Assembly: GCA_002269645.1 (NCBI GenBank)
Contig: NIVC01000268.1
Location: 1 to 64,000 of the forward strand
Length of the DNA: 64,000 bases
Direction of reading: 5' to 3'
From: Macrostomum lignano
Taxonomy: Eukaryota
The notes beneath the pieces are model-generated. The model was not told where the DNA came from, did not search any database, and saw only the letters and a program-made list of their open reading frames with translations. Shown here in pieces: positions 52,694 through 64,000 of the stretch (position 1 is its first letter; each line of letters begins with the position of its first letter). The translations under genes and the position numbers were made by a program.

Positions 52694-55104
52694 CATACAT
52701 GCGCAACTGCTGGCCGACCTGGCCGATCCGGCCACCGTAAATCGTGGCTGACCAGGGGTAAGTCGCAAAATTGAGTCAACCAAAAACAGAAAAACACAAG
52801 AACCAAGAAAGGCAAGAGGAAAGCGAAAGAAAGAGCAGTTCAGGGAAAATGGTGAAGCAAAAGAAAAACAATTCGCAAAAGAAGCAAACTAAGTTGTAAA
52901 AATAATCAGGTAAGTCGCAAAAAGGATCAGGTAAGTCGCAAAAGAAGCAAACTAAGTCGCAAAAAGGATCAGGTAAGTCGCAACAGGAATCAGGTAAGTC
53001 GCAAAAGAAGCAAACTAAGTCGCAAAAGAAGCAAACTAAGTCGCAAAAGAAGCAAACTAAGTCGCAAAAGAAGCAAACTAAGTCGCAAAAAGGATCAGGT
53101 AAGTCGCAAAAGGGTTAGGTAAGTCGCAAAAGGATTAGGTAAGTCGCAAAAGGATCAGCTAAGTCGCAAAAGGATTAGGTAAGTCGCAAAAGGGTTAGGT
53201 AAGTCGCAAAAGGATTAGGTAAGTCGCAAAAGGGTTAGGTAAGTCGCAAAAGGATTAGGTAAGTCGCAAAAGGATTAGGTAAGTCGCAAAAGGGTTAGGT
53301 AAGTCGCAAAAGGATTAGGTAAGTCGCAAAAAGAATCAGGTAAGTCGCAAAAGGATCAGCTAAGTCGCAAAAGGATTAGGTAAGTCGCAAAAGGATTAGG
53401 TAAGTCGCAAAAGGGTTAGGTAAGTCGCAAAAGGATTAGGTAAGTCGCAAAAAGGATTAGGTAAGTCGCAAAAAGAATCAGGTAAGTCGCAAAAGGATCA
53501 GCTAAGTCGCAAAAGGATTAGGTAAGTCGCAAAAGGATTAGGTAAGTCGCAAAAGGGTTAGGTAAGTCGCAAAAAGGATTAGGTAAGTCGCAAAAAGAAG
53601 CAACTAAGTCGCAATAAGAGGGAAGTAAGTCACAATCAGAGGCAATCAGGGGTAGTAGGTGCAAGTGTGGCAAGAGAGCAAAAACAGAATAGAAGCCTTC
53701 AACCACAGACAAGATCTTTGAAATCAGAAGCCCGCGTCAACAGTTTCCCATTGATTTCTTAAACTCTGGAGCAGGGGTTGGCAAACTCCGGCTCGCAAAG
53801 CCCCTCTATCTGGCCCTCGCCCCTCGGGTTCTTTGAAACTTCCTAACCAGCAAGGTTGGTGTCTCTTCAACTCTCATCTCTCTCTTCTTCTCTACCTTGC
53901 CTCCCCTCTTCTCTCTCTCCCCCTTTTCCCTCTTCTCTCTCGTCTCATTTTTACTCTCCTCTCTTCTCCCCCTTTCTCTCTACCCTTTCTCCTCAATGCC
54001 CTCTTCTCTCCTCTTATCTTCAGCAAAAATATGTGCATATTTTCTTACTTCAAAGTAGAGGGAATAGAAGATTAGAGATAAGCAAACAGAGGAGAGGCGA
54101 GCGATGCGATGGGAGAAAAGATAGAAGAGGAGAGAAAAGCTGAGGGAGGAAAAAGAGATGAGAGAGAAGAGGAGAAGAGAGGAAAGAGGAAAGAAAAGAT
54201 GATGGATGAGATCAGAAGAGAGGAAAGAGGAAAGAGGAGAGAGTAGATGAGAGAAGAGAGGATAAAGAGGAGATGAGAGGAGAGTGAAGAGAGGAGAGAT
54301 GAGAGAGTAGAAAAGAGAGGAGAGATAAGATGAGAGAGTAGAGTGGAGAGAGACGAGAGGGAAGATAAGATGAGAGAGTAGAGTGGAATGGAGAGAGACG
54401 AGAGGAGAGATAAGAATGTAGAGAGGAGACAGAAGAGATAGGAGAGGAGAGGAAAGAGAGAAGGGATAAGGGATGAGAGAGAAAAGAAAAAGAGGATGAG
54501 AAGATTGAGGAATGGAGAGAATTTGCAAAGGCCTCAAATCTTAGTTTAACATGCATTACTCCCATCTTTGCCTTTTTCCTAACTGTTAACAAGTTTTTGT
54601 TTGAGCATGACTTCAAATTTAGAATCTATGCAAAAATAGTTCCGGGAATTAGAATTCAGTGGTTTAAAAATCTGTGGGTTTTCACAGCTTGTATCTCTAC
54701 TGGATTCGTATTCTGCATCTGATGAGCCATCTGAATCAGGGCTCTCATCTTCCATGCCAAATCGTCTAGCAAATCGTTCTTGAGCTATAGGTCACACTGT
54801 ATTCTCTTCACTTACTTCTGGACATTCATGAATCATGACTTTTGTAGTATGCTCACTACACTGTACTGACAATTTACTAATTGCTTCATGCCGCCACTAG
54901 ATGACATACTGATTAGCTGTTATAAAAACGCGAAATCTGCACGCAGCACTAATTAGCTGGCGAGGCAATTAGCTTTAAATTATGGTCATAGTTACTCCTG
55001 CCGTTTACCTAAAGTTTTTGCTTGGCTCTTTCATAGGTAAGTCGCATTTTTTATCGAAAACTAAGTCGCACGGCCAGCGTAATTTCAGAAGTTGCGCATG
55101 TATG
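52694..55104. mobile_element. 2.4-kb composite member of the CATACATG family
   Basis: TIR CATACATGCGCAAC/GTTGCGCATGTATG; perfect 8-bp TSD TTTATAGT (52686-93, 55105-12); contains a 20-bp array and a copy of neighbouring DNA. Confidence 0.85.
52900..53620. repeat. 20-bp array (AGGATTAGGTAAGTCGCAAA) inside the transposon
   Basis: About 35 units built on the family's subterminal motif TAAGTCGCA. Confidence 0.93.
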
Positions 55105-55124
55105 TTTATAGTAATCCATTAAAT

Positions 55125-55300
55125 ACTTTGGGTAAACGGCAGAAGTAACTATGACTGTCTTATTCAGCAAAAAATGCCTCGTCAGCTACTTAGTACTACT
55201 ACATGGATATTTTTTAGGTGGGTATTTTTGCGACTTCCTTGGTTGGCTGCCAAATTGGTCGGCCAGATCGGCCGACTCGGACGACTGTTGCGCATGTATG
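55125..55300. mobile_element. Truncated copy (one end) of the CATACATG MITE
   Basis: Matches about 46830-47006; ends GTTGCGCATGTATG. Confidence 0.8.
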
Positions 55301-55580
55301 ATTTGTAAACTTACTTATAAAACTTATAAATTAATAAAACTTATAAATTTTGGGTAAAAAATGGTACCACAAAATGTAAACCCAGCATCCAAATCAAATG
55401 CTTCCTATATGCTTATTAAGTGATGAAGAACAATAAAATTACACAAAAACATATATCATCGTGGCAAATATATGTATGCAGGAAAAAAAGAATTTTCCAA
55501 ATTGCTTTGGTAGAAGCTGAGTAAAATGCAATTTTCCGATCCTTATGGGAATTTGTATGTTTAAATAATAAACTTACTTT

Positions 55581-55770
55581 CAGTAGCACAACCAGAAATT
55601 TTTCAAGGGGGGGGGGCAGATTCTGAGGGTAAAGTCCCGGGAGAGAAAGGGCGGCGGAGGGGTGGCTCTGTTTTTGGCGAAAATTCGCTTGGTCCCCCCT
55701 TTGATTTTTTTTCAGTCCCCAACCTAAGGGGGGCAACTGCCCCCCACCCCCCCCTCTGGTTGCGCCATTG
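55581..55770. mobile_element. hAT-like MITE (190 bp) related to 9495-9655
   Basis: TIR CAGTAGCACAACCAG/CTGGTTGCGCCATTG; 8-bp TSD CTTACTTT/CTTACGTT. Confidence 0.7.
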
Positions 55771-58700
55771 CTTACGTTGAATACAATTTATTGCAAATTA
55801 ACTCTACAAAATACACATTGTCAAGAGTAACAAAAATGATAAACAAATAAACCCTTAAAATTAATGTTAAATATGTTGTAGAATTATAGAGTGTAACATT
55901 ATAAGATAGTTAATGTAAATAAAATACATTATTATAGCTTTTCTATCATTTTCATTATAGTCATTTTAGGTCGTAATTAAACGTACCATTTTAACAAATC
56001 ATTTTATTAAAAATAAAGCTATACATAAAAAATTTGTGCTTTTATAGACTTTTTACCTTTTGAAAACTTAAATCAATTTATTTTATAGCTTTATTGCTTT
56101 AAAATTGCCAAAAAAACAAATTTTTATAAAACTTGCCCCCAATTTTTGGATTTTGCCACATGCTAATTTATTGTCAGAGAAAATATTTTCTTGTTGGAAG
56201 TTTTTGTCTTGCACTAAAATATGCCAATTTTTTTGTCTTGCGCCGTACTGTACCAGATTTTTCTCCCTTGCCTGCTATTATGCCAGAACCAGCGTGGCAC
56301 ATGTCAAACCCCCTTTAGCACCAGAATTTTCTGTGAACTTTTGTTTAAAATTTTCTGGCATAAAAACAATCTTCTGGACTATGAAAAGTAGGAGAACTTG
56401 AGTGCGCACATACTACATGGCACATAACCATGTTGCCATAGTCAGGTGGTGGCCTTTTTTGTCGAAAATTCCGGTATGCATAGGCATAGCCAAAGATATT
56501 CGGCGTACATTCGGCGTACATTTGGTCTGCCTTGCAACAGTTGGCGTACATTCAGCATATGCCATGTACGCCGCAAATATGTGGCATGATATGGGATATA
56601 AGGTTGGCATATGAGGCAGTGCTAATTCTCTATTATGTCTACCGTATATTCTTATTCAAATCTCTGCCAAAACTTTACGGTAATTTAAAATGGTCATTTT
56701 AATTTTAACATCTTCAGTTAAACAAATTAAAAAAGACTTAACTTGTTGGTATAGTACAGCAACCAAACTTGTCGAATATTCGTTGCAACGGAAGGTTTTT
56801 ACTTCATTATAATACACCATACACGTTGTGACATCGACAATGTTACGGTCGGGCCTATATTCGGCGTGCATTACGGTATATTCGGCGTACATATGGTTAC
56901 ATTTGGCGTACATAGGTAGCCCTGCCTGAATTTCATTCCAGCGTACACATGCCACCTTCCTGACTATGGCCATGTTGAATGCATATAAAAGTCAAATCCT
57001 GTTTGTGATTCTGCAGCAAACAGCTTCTTTGTAAGCGCATATGATGGAGCACACACACACCTTCTTTAGGAGTGCGCAAGTAGGCTCCTTTTCAGCGCGC
57101 AAGTGTGCACAAATTTGACAAGCGCGCAAGTAACAACTTTTGTGCAAGAATTCTATCCTGGGGGTGAACTAGGTGAAATGACATTTTATGCCAATGGCCC
57201 AATTGCCCTTGCAAAAAGCAACATAAGAGAGAATGAATGTCTTACTTATAGGTTTATTATAGGCCTAACTAAATAATAACCCATAGGCCCTAGGGGCTAG
57301 GGCCTACCATAGCACAACAATTAATTTAATGACATGACAAAAACTTACACAGCTCGATTGGACAAATTTCTGATGTGCAAAACGCGACCCTTTGCATATG
57401 ACATCGTTCTGCCACTGCCAGTAAAACTTGACTTTTTGTTTACAAGAATAGGCTTAAATTAAGGCCTATCTCACTATTAAATAGGAAATGTATTTGGTTA
57501 CAACTTCGGGACAAAAATCGCAAAACAGTACTTGCTAATGCGCGACCGTATTTAAAAATGTTTTTTTAAAAATAGTCAAAATACACGGCTAATAAAACAA
57601 AACAACATTAAAGCAAAATAGAAAGAATTAGCATGTGACAAACTTTAATTACTGTGCGAATACAGCAGAGCTTCTTTAGAAGCCGTTATTATCTGTAAAG
57701 ATTCTAGAAAGTTTTGAATGCAAAAGTTGGTGCGTGTTTGTTTCGCCACACCAGCTGTTTTATATTCATAGGCTAATTTATCACTTTCACGTTTTCAAGG
57801 TTTCAGGTGTTTAAATAAGCCTAGCCTAGGCCCTACTATACGCAGAGGCGGACACGCAGGGCCGCCCCCCCCCCTTCAAAATAGCCTGACAGAACATATT
57901 GCGCCCCCCAAAACCTCAAGTTTGTGCCCCTAAACTTGATTTTTCGCCCCAAACACTTTTGCGCCCATAATAGCCCTAAGTTCCCCTAAGGCCTAAGCTT
58001 GATTTTTCGCCAATGCACACATTTTAGGAATTTTTATCTAGGCCTACTCGTTTTTTAAGATTATATGACAATTGAATCAATAGCTCCTGGGCCTGTATAG
58101 ATAGGCTATAGTCCATAGGCGGCTAGGCCCTAGGACTATTTATTATGACTAGGCCCTAGTGGCTGGCTAAAAATTAAAATTATTTAAATAATAAAAAATG
58201 CTTTTAACTTTAGGCCTTACATTTTTAGACTTAGGCTATATATTTGCTGTATATTAGATAAGAAATCCTAAATTAGGCCCCTAAACAATCTTAATCTCAA
58301 TATAATAGGGCCTAGTATAATCATCTTAATCTTAATACATAATCTCAATTCTCAATCGTTTGTTTTTTTGCAAAAAAAATTCTAGCACATGGTGATGGTG
58401 TAATCAAACTATTTTTATAGGATTTGTTTTGGCACAGGTATGCCATGATCCTATGGCTCACCTAATAGGCCATTACTAACCTTCAACCTATTTATATATC
58501 TTATACAACTTACAGTGGCATACAGTGGCATAGGCAGAGTTAGTGGCTTACTTTTACATATTGCTACATATATTTATTATTGTGATGATAAATTGTTATG
58601 TATGTGATGATATATTGTGATAACAATTGATATTGTTATCACAATATATTATTGTAATGGCACATTGAGTCTTTTCTTTTGTATTATTATCTACTTACTT

Positions 58701-58879
58701 ATAATATTGGCTAAATTTTACATATATCTTATAAGTACTAGGCCTTACAAATTCACAATTGTAGCCAGATTTCCAATTCTCAATCAACTTATTCTCAATC
58801 TCTTTTTTATTCTTGTTCAATCTCACTCGAAAACAAAAATCTAATCTTGGTCAAACTCTAAGCCTACCTAAGTTACTGT

Positions 58880-60440
58880 GACAAGGAGCTCCTCTTTGAC
58901 AATGTGTGGCTTTACAAAGCAAGACTCACCTAGGCCAAGCTTACAAGTCTAGGCTTCAGTGTTTTGCCCCACCTACCATACTTGCCAAACCTCTTGCCAT
59001 GCAACTATCATGTGTTTAGGTCCTTTTAGAGGCTTCCAGTTAATTTAGCAACAAGCTAATTTGGCAACAACCAATTTGGCGACAAGTCAGTTTAGGCAAC
59101 AGCCAATTTGGTGAATGCTACAAAGGCTACAAAACTAGAAAACAAAATTTAACATATTGCCATTCATCCTTGCCATTTAAATAAAGGTTTGTTTTAACCA
59201 TGCCAAATAACACGTTTTCAAAGAGGTTACATGTACGCCTGGCCTATGAGTCGCATTTTAAGGCATTAATTATTTCTTTTTGCACTGCAGTAGAGACACG
59301 GGCAGCAGCATTAGCTAAGCAGTGTAGCTCAGCAGACTTTTCTGGGACTGCAACACGGGCTGCTTTTTTCGACCTCTTTTTGCTGCCTGTATTCGTTGAT
59401 TGCATTGCTTGCATTTCCAGTCGAATGAATCAATAGACTTAAGATGAGTATAGAGTCTTTTGGAGATGCCTGCACACAGAATTGAACTGACACTTGTATC
59501 ACTGTACATGTACATTGTATACCATATGTTAACTGTATTTCATGTATTCTACCAGCACCAAACTTTGGTATTTCAGTGGTACATGTACAAATACTTACCG
59601 GAATTACATTCTATATGTTGCCACTTGTGACATACATCACAGTCAATGGCGGCAGCATCATTGGTGACAGTCTTCTTGCATATAATGCAGTGGTCCATGT
59701 TCATTTGTTACAATTATTGCAAATTCAATTTCTACTCTACCATTCTGAGTTGTTGCGCATTGACAAGCTAATATGCATCACCACATAATAGACAAAAAAT
59801 CAATCAATTGAATCCAAATGATGTACATGCTAAGACAGGCAAAGACTTCACACTCAAAATACATAGCTCATTTTTACTTTCGATCTTTGCTTTGTATATT
59901 TTAAAAGCTAACTTAACTTTGTGTTCCCTTTATTCATTATACTTTGTATAGCAGTTGTGTGATTTGATAGCTCATTTGATAGCGATTGTAAATGAGCTTT
60001 TGAGTGGAATGCAGTTCATTGTGCATTGTGCATGTAATGTACATACGATACTATGTTGATTTTGAAATCTGAGTAAACATGCAAACTCAAACTCAATGCA
60101 ATGGATGACAAAATGACAATGGATTGCTCCCCCCTCATGTCGCCAAACTGACTGTCGCCAAATTGACTTGTCGCCAAGTCAACCTGTTGCCAAATTAACT
60201 GGTTCCCCTTTTAGAGCTTTTGCAATGGACAGCAATCTGCCAACAAGCAATATTTAGAACAGGCAATGGAGAAATAGATAGATTCAAGGCCTGCAAGCTT
60301 CTAGAAAGAGAGGATCAAGGCATTGCAAGCAAGTTAGGAGAGGGTCAAGGCCTTAAATGGTAACTATATTATATTGCTATAAACTATTTGTTATAGTTTT
60401 CACTTGTTCTAATTCTAGAAACTTGTGGCTCACCCTAATA
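58880..60440 (+). pseudogene. Degenerate mariner transposase C-terminus plus right TIR, split by a MULE insertion
   Basis: LLFDN..ARLT*AKLTSLGFSVLPHLPYLPNLLPCNYHVFRS (cf. HPPYSPDLAPSDYHLF) continues after 60216 as CNGQQ..LEQAMEK*IDSRPASF*KERIKAL; TIR-like GGCTCACCCTAATA-TA at 60440. Confidence 0.8.
59032..60206. mobile_element. 1.2-kb MULE-like non-autonomous element
   Basis: 10-bp TSD CCTTTTAGAG (59022-31, 60207-16); TIRs ..CCAGTTAATTT(A/G)GCAAC with internal TTGGCGACAA repeats. Confidence 0.8.
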
Positions 60441-60713
60441 TATCTAAGAAATAAATCTAATGATATACCTAATAAAACTAAAATAGCCAAACTTTTAATA
60501 TTATTTGAAAAAATTCTGTCTAGGCCTAAAATTTTGGCCTTGCAAAAGAACCTTGGAAGAATTATTATCATCATTCTTTATTATAACCAATGTCAAAATT
60601 CTTTTTTTGTTTTATTAGTTCTACTATAACTAATTTTTTCCTATATTTATATCCATAGACATCTAGCCATATCTCAATTTTTTTCATAGCCTATTTAATA
60701 ATAGCCTAGGCAC

Positions 60714-61866
60714 TAGTGTTCCGCCGCCGCGAGTTTTGACCTCCGTAACCGTAACCGTAGCCGTAAGAAAGAAGCAACTTCCGTAGCCGAATTTTGCCGT
60801 CATTACGGGCTAAAAAAGTCCGTAACCGTAATTTGCCGTAACCGTAGCCGTAATGTATAACAAAAATTGATATTTTTGCATGAAAAGTAGGGCAGACAGA
60901 AAAGGACAGATAAAAAGGATAAAAGGATAGCAATAAAACCTACTTGTTGTTCGTTCATGCATTAATATTCATTTATTTTTTCGTAAATATAATATCTTTA
61001 TCGAAGTATTCTATAGCATTGTTGTATGCAATTGTGTGCTTGGTGCCTTTTTCAGTTTTCTGTGTCGTGATTCTGTTTTGTTTCGCTACAATATGAATAT
61101 ATGACTGACGTGCCAAGGTCAATGTGTATGTTTAATATCATTAAATAAATATATGAATTTGTTCAAATAAAACTGCTTCAAAATTTCCGATGACTAAGAA
61201 ATTGCATGTTACATTTTTTCATTTTCATTTTATTGCATTATCTATTGTATTGTCTTCTTTGGTTTCAATCAATTTTCAATCATAATTCATATTCTTATCC
61301 TATTAGTATTTATTTAGTATTTCCTTATTAATATTCTTTCATCCTTATCCTCATAATCTAAATCTAATATCCTATTTTTATGCTAAGGAGCTAAATGCTA
61401 CATATGGCTAAGAAATAAGAATGCCAGATATAGACTAATAAGAATGCCAGTCTCTTGTAGGCTTTGACTGGCTCTCTCTGTCTCGCTGCTATCATGCTAT
61501 CGCTATGCTATGCTATGCCGTATGCCTAATGAGAAAATTCGTGAAAAAATTCGTTTTTCATTTTCAAGAAGTTTCGTAGATATTTAGAAACTTAACAAAT
61601 GTAAAAAATAATAATAACTAGTAAAACAAAATGAAAACTGGTTGAAGTTGATATAAAAAAATTCTTTTATAACACTAAACAGTTAAAATAAATAATTTTT
61701 GTTACGGCTACCAATTACGGCAAGTCTAGAAAAATCTCCGTAATCCGTAACCATAACCGTAAGCTCAAAATATGTCCGTAACCGTAATCCGTAATGAAAA
61801 TACGGCTTCAAAAGTGTCGTAGCTGTAATTTGCCGTAGCCGTAGCCGTAATTACGGCGGAACACTA
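60714..61866. mobile_element. 1.15-kb hAT-like non-autonomous element
   Basis: Perfect TIR TAGTGTTCCGCCG; perfect 8-bp TSD CTAGGCAC; subterminal CCGTA(A/G) repeats at both ends. Confidence 0.9.
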
Positions 61867-62221
61867 CTAGGCACTATGTATCCATATATACAAGCCTATC
61901 TGTAACTAATAAACTTTCTATAACTTGATTGGTTTGAATTGTTTATTGTTTGAATTGTTTATTGTTTAAGTAACTAAACTACAAAATTCCAATTTTACAA
62001 GATCTACAAGCTGGGTGCCTTATGCCAATTAGTGCAATTATGCCAACCCCTGTTCTAAATGATGTCAGTTGGCATTCTAGTTATCAATTCGGCATCCTGA
62101 ATTTGGACCCTGGAGGTCAAAATCGCGCTGATATTTGGATGCTTAAAAAACCCTTGGAATACAAATTTTCCTTTAAATTCATGTCAAGAGCTTCCTATTT
62201 GACCGCTGTCAAATTGGCACA

Positions 62222-63688
62222 ATGTCCGAACAATCAGACGAGGCCATTATTGCCAACATGAAATCGTTGATGGTGACTATTGGCGATTTGAAGGCTGACA
62301 TGTTGCACATGCTGGAAAACGATGCTGGCCTTGTTGACTGTTTCAAAGCCACGCGCAGCGAGTCGGCCAGTCTGGCCCAGGCTGTGGCCGAGCTTGAGAC
62401 CCGATTAGGCCAGGCTATCGAGCGGGCCAGGTCCGAGGTGCTGCCCGAGGTGGACGCGAGATTGGCGGAATATCCTAAGGTGACTAAGATAGCTGACTTA
62501 TGAGCTGCTAGCTGCATCATTGGCACTGATTCTCTATTTGGTCTGTATTGGATAAATCAGTAACTTTAGCCAGGGCCTGAAACACGCTTGGGATTCTTAT
62601 AGTGTCTTCCCATAACCATGGAAGATTCTCAGTTTGTGAGACACCTGTGATAAAAAATATTGGATTGCTAGATTAAAATTTTTTTGCTCCCAGATCCGCA
62701 GAAGCTGGGTCACCGCCACCCTCCCAGATCCCCAGTTGCTAAGCCAGCCTCCCAGATCATCTGTTTCTGGGTCAGCCTCCCAGATCCCCAGTTGCTGAGC
62801 CAGCCTCCCAGATCATCTGTTTCTGGGTCAGCCTCCCAGATCCCCAGTTGCTGGGCCAGCCTCCCCGAGTGTCAGTTGCTGGGCCAGCCTCCCCGAGTGT
62901 CGGTTGCTGGGCCAGCCTCCCCGAGTGTCAGTTGCTGGGCCAGCCTCCCAGATCCTCAGTGGGTGGGCCAGCCTCCCAGATCATCAGTTGCTGAGCCAGC
63001 CTCCCAGATCATCAGTTGCTGAGCCAGCCTCCCAGATCATCAGTTGCTGGACCAACCTCATAGTGTCAGTTGCTGGGCCAGCCTCCCAGAGTGTCAGTTG
63101 CTGGGCCAGCCTTCCGGATCCTCAGTTGCTGGGCCAGCCTCCCAGATCATCAGTTGCTGGACCAACCTCATAGTTTCAGTTGCTGGGCCAGCCTCCCAGA
63201 GTGTCAGTTGCTGGGCCAGCCTTCCGGATCCTCAGTTGCTGGGCCAGCTCCCGGATCCTCAGTTGCTGGGCCAGCCTCCCGGATCATCAGTTGCTGGGCC
63301 AGCCTTCCATCAGTTGCTGGGCCAGCCTCCCAGAGTTTCAGTTGCTAGGCCAGCCTCCCGAATCCTCAGTGGCTGGGCCAACTGTAAAATCAAATCCTCC
63401 CTTCTAAACCGAAACTATCACAGATCCTCATTCTCAGTATTATCACAGAGTTCCCGTCTTCAGTTAATAACCGAAATGTTTGTCCCACCTTCCACAAAGG
63501 TGCTGGAGCAGCTGCGCAGTGCCGAGCTGGTCCACCAGGCCATGTCAGTCATTAGCGACATTCAGTGCCGCATGGCCAGCCTGCAGCAGAGCACTAAAGA
63601 GGGCCGATATCTGGACTGCATCGACGAAGTTGTCGCTCTCGACGCGCTGTTTCGTCGCGATTTACAACTTGTTAAAGAGGATATTCAG
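62222..63688 (+). CDS. ZW10: Probable ZW10 kinetochore/NRZ tethering protein, first two exons (continues beyond window)
   Basis: Exons 62222-62479 and 63500-63688, phase 0 GT-AG. The helical N-terminus aligns by eye with ZW10 (SEVLPEVDARLAEYPKVLEQL ~ [21 protein letters not shown]; KEGRY ~ TEKKY). Confidence 0.6.
62690..63380. repeat. About 28-31-bp minisatellite (CAGTTGCTGGGCCAGCCTCCCAGATCAT), ZW10-like intron 1
   Basis: Tandem variants; source of several spurious ORFs. Confidence 0.92.
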
Positions 63689-63769
63689 GTGGGTTCAGAA
63701 TTGTTAATTGGATAGGTCTGAATCTCGATTCGTTATATTTGAATGTAGATGTAATAGATCTGATCTAAA

Positions 63770-64000
63770 TTGTTTAAGTCTGATTCTAGATAGAATATAT
63801 GCGCATCTAGATGGGATAGATCTGAATCTACATGGGATGTATGTGAATCTAGATGGAATGGATGTGAATCTAGATGGAATAGATGTGAATCTAGATAGAA
63901 TAGATGTGAATCTAGATGGAATAGAAGTGAATCTAGATGGAATAGATGTGAATCTAGATGGAATAGATGTGAATCTAGATGGAATAGATGTGAATCTAGA
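63770..64000. repeat. 21-bp minisatellite (ATCTAGATGGAATAGATGTGA), ZW10-like intron 2
   Basis: Runs to the window end. Confidence 0.92.

Noticed and set aside
53100-53580. Telomere-like GGGTTAGG in the 20-bp array
   Set aside because: Never forms (TTAGGG)n; the unit is built on the transposon's subterminal motif.
50810-54616. Leu/Ser-rich and Glu/Arg-rich ORFs (also 17012-17997, 8497-8685, 787-1180, 32213-32881)
   Set aside because: Translations of GA/CT tracts or microsatellites.
54700-54750. CTGATGAG suggesting a hammerhead ribozyme
   Set aside because: No GAAA after the putative stem II; it is a simple hairpin.

Overview
Eukaryotic (metazoan) genomic DNA with spliced genes. Short GC-rich exons, poly-Ala tracts and introns filled with minisatellites suggest a free-living flatworm such as Macrostomum; this is inference, not a database result. 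Five genes can be reconstructed by hand. (1) GALNT10-like polypeptide GalNAc-transferase (-; runs off the left edge; exon 4 frameshifted). (2) A divergent rhodopsin-like 7TM receptor (-; 3 exons). (3) A PHLPP orthologue (+; RA-PH-LRR-PP2C-PDZ ligand; a likely GC-AG intron; the N-half of the PP2C domain is not found; motif-11 Asp absent). (4) An SRSF10/12-like SR protein (-) with a clear U12-type AT-AC intron; first exon not found. (5) A ZW10-like gene (+; runs off the right edge). Nearly every intron holds its own tandem repeat. The rest is a dense set of non-autonomous transposons, many with readable TIRs and target-site duplications (hAT/P-like, Merlin, MULE, CMC-like, mariner relic), two tRNA-derived SINE families, a LINE 3' fragment and a 131-bp satellite. 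No CRISPR, rRNA or genuine tRNA genes were seen.
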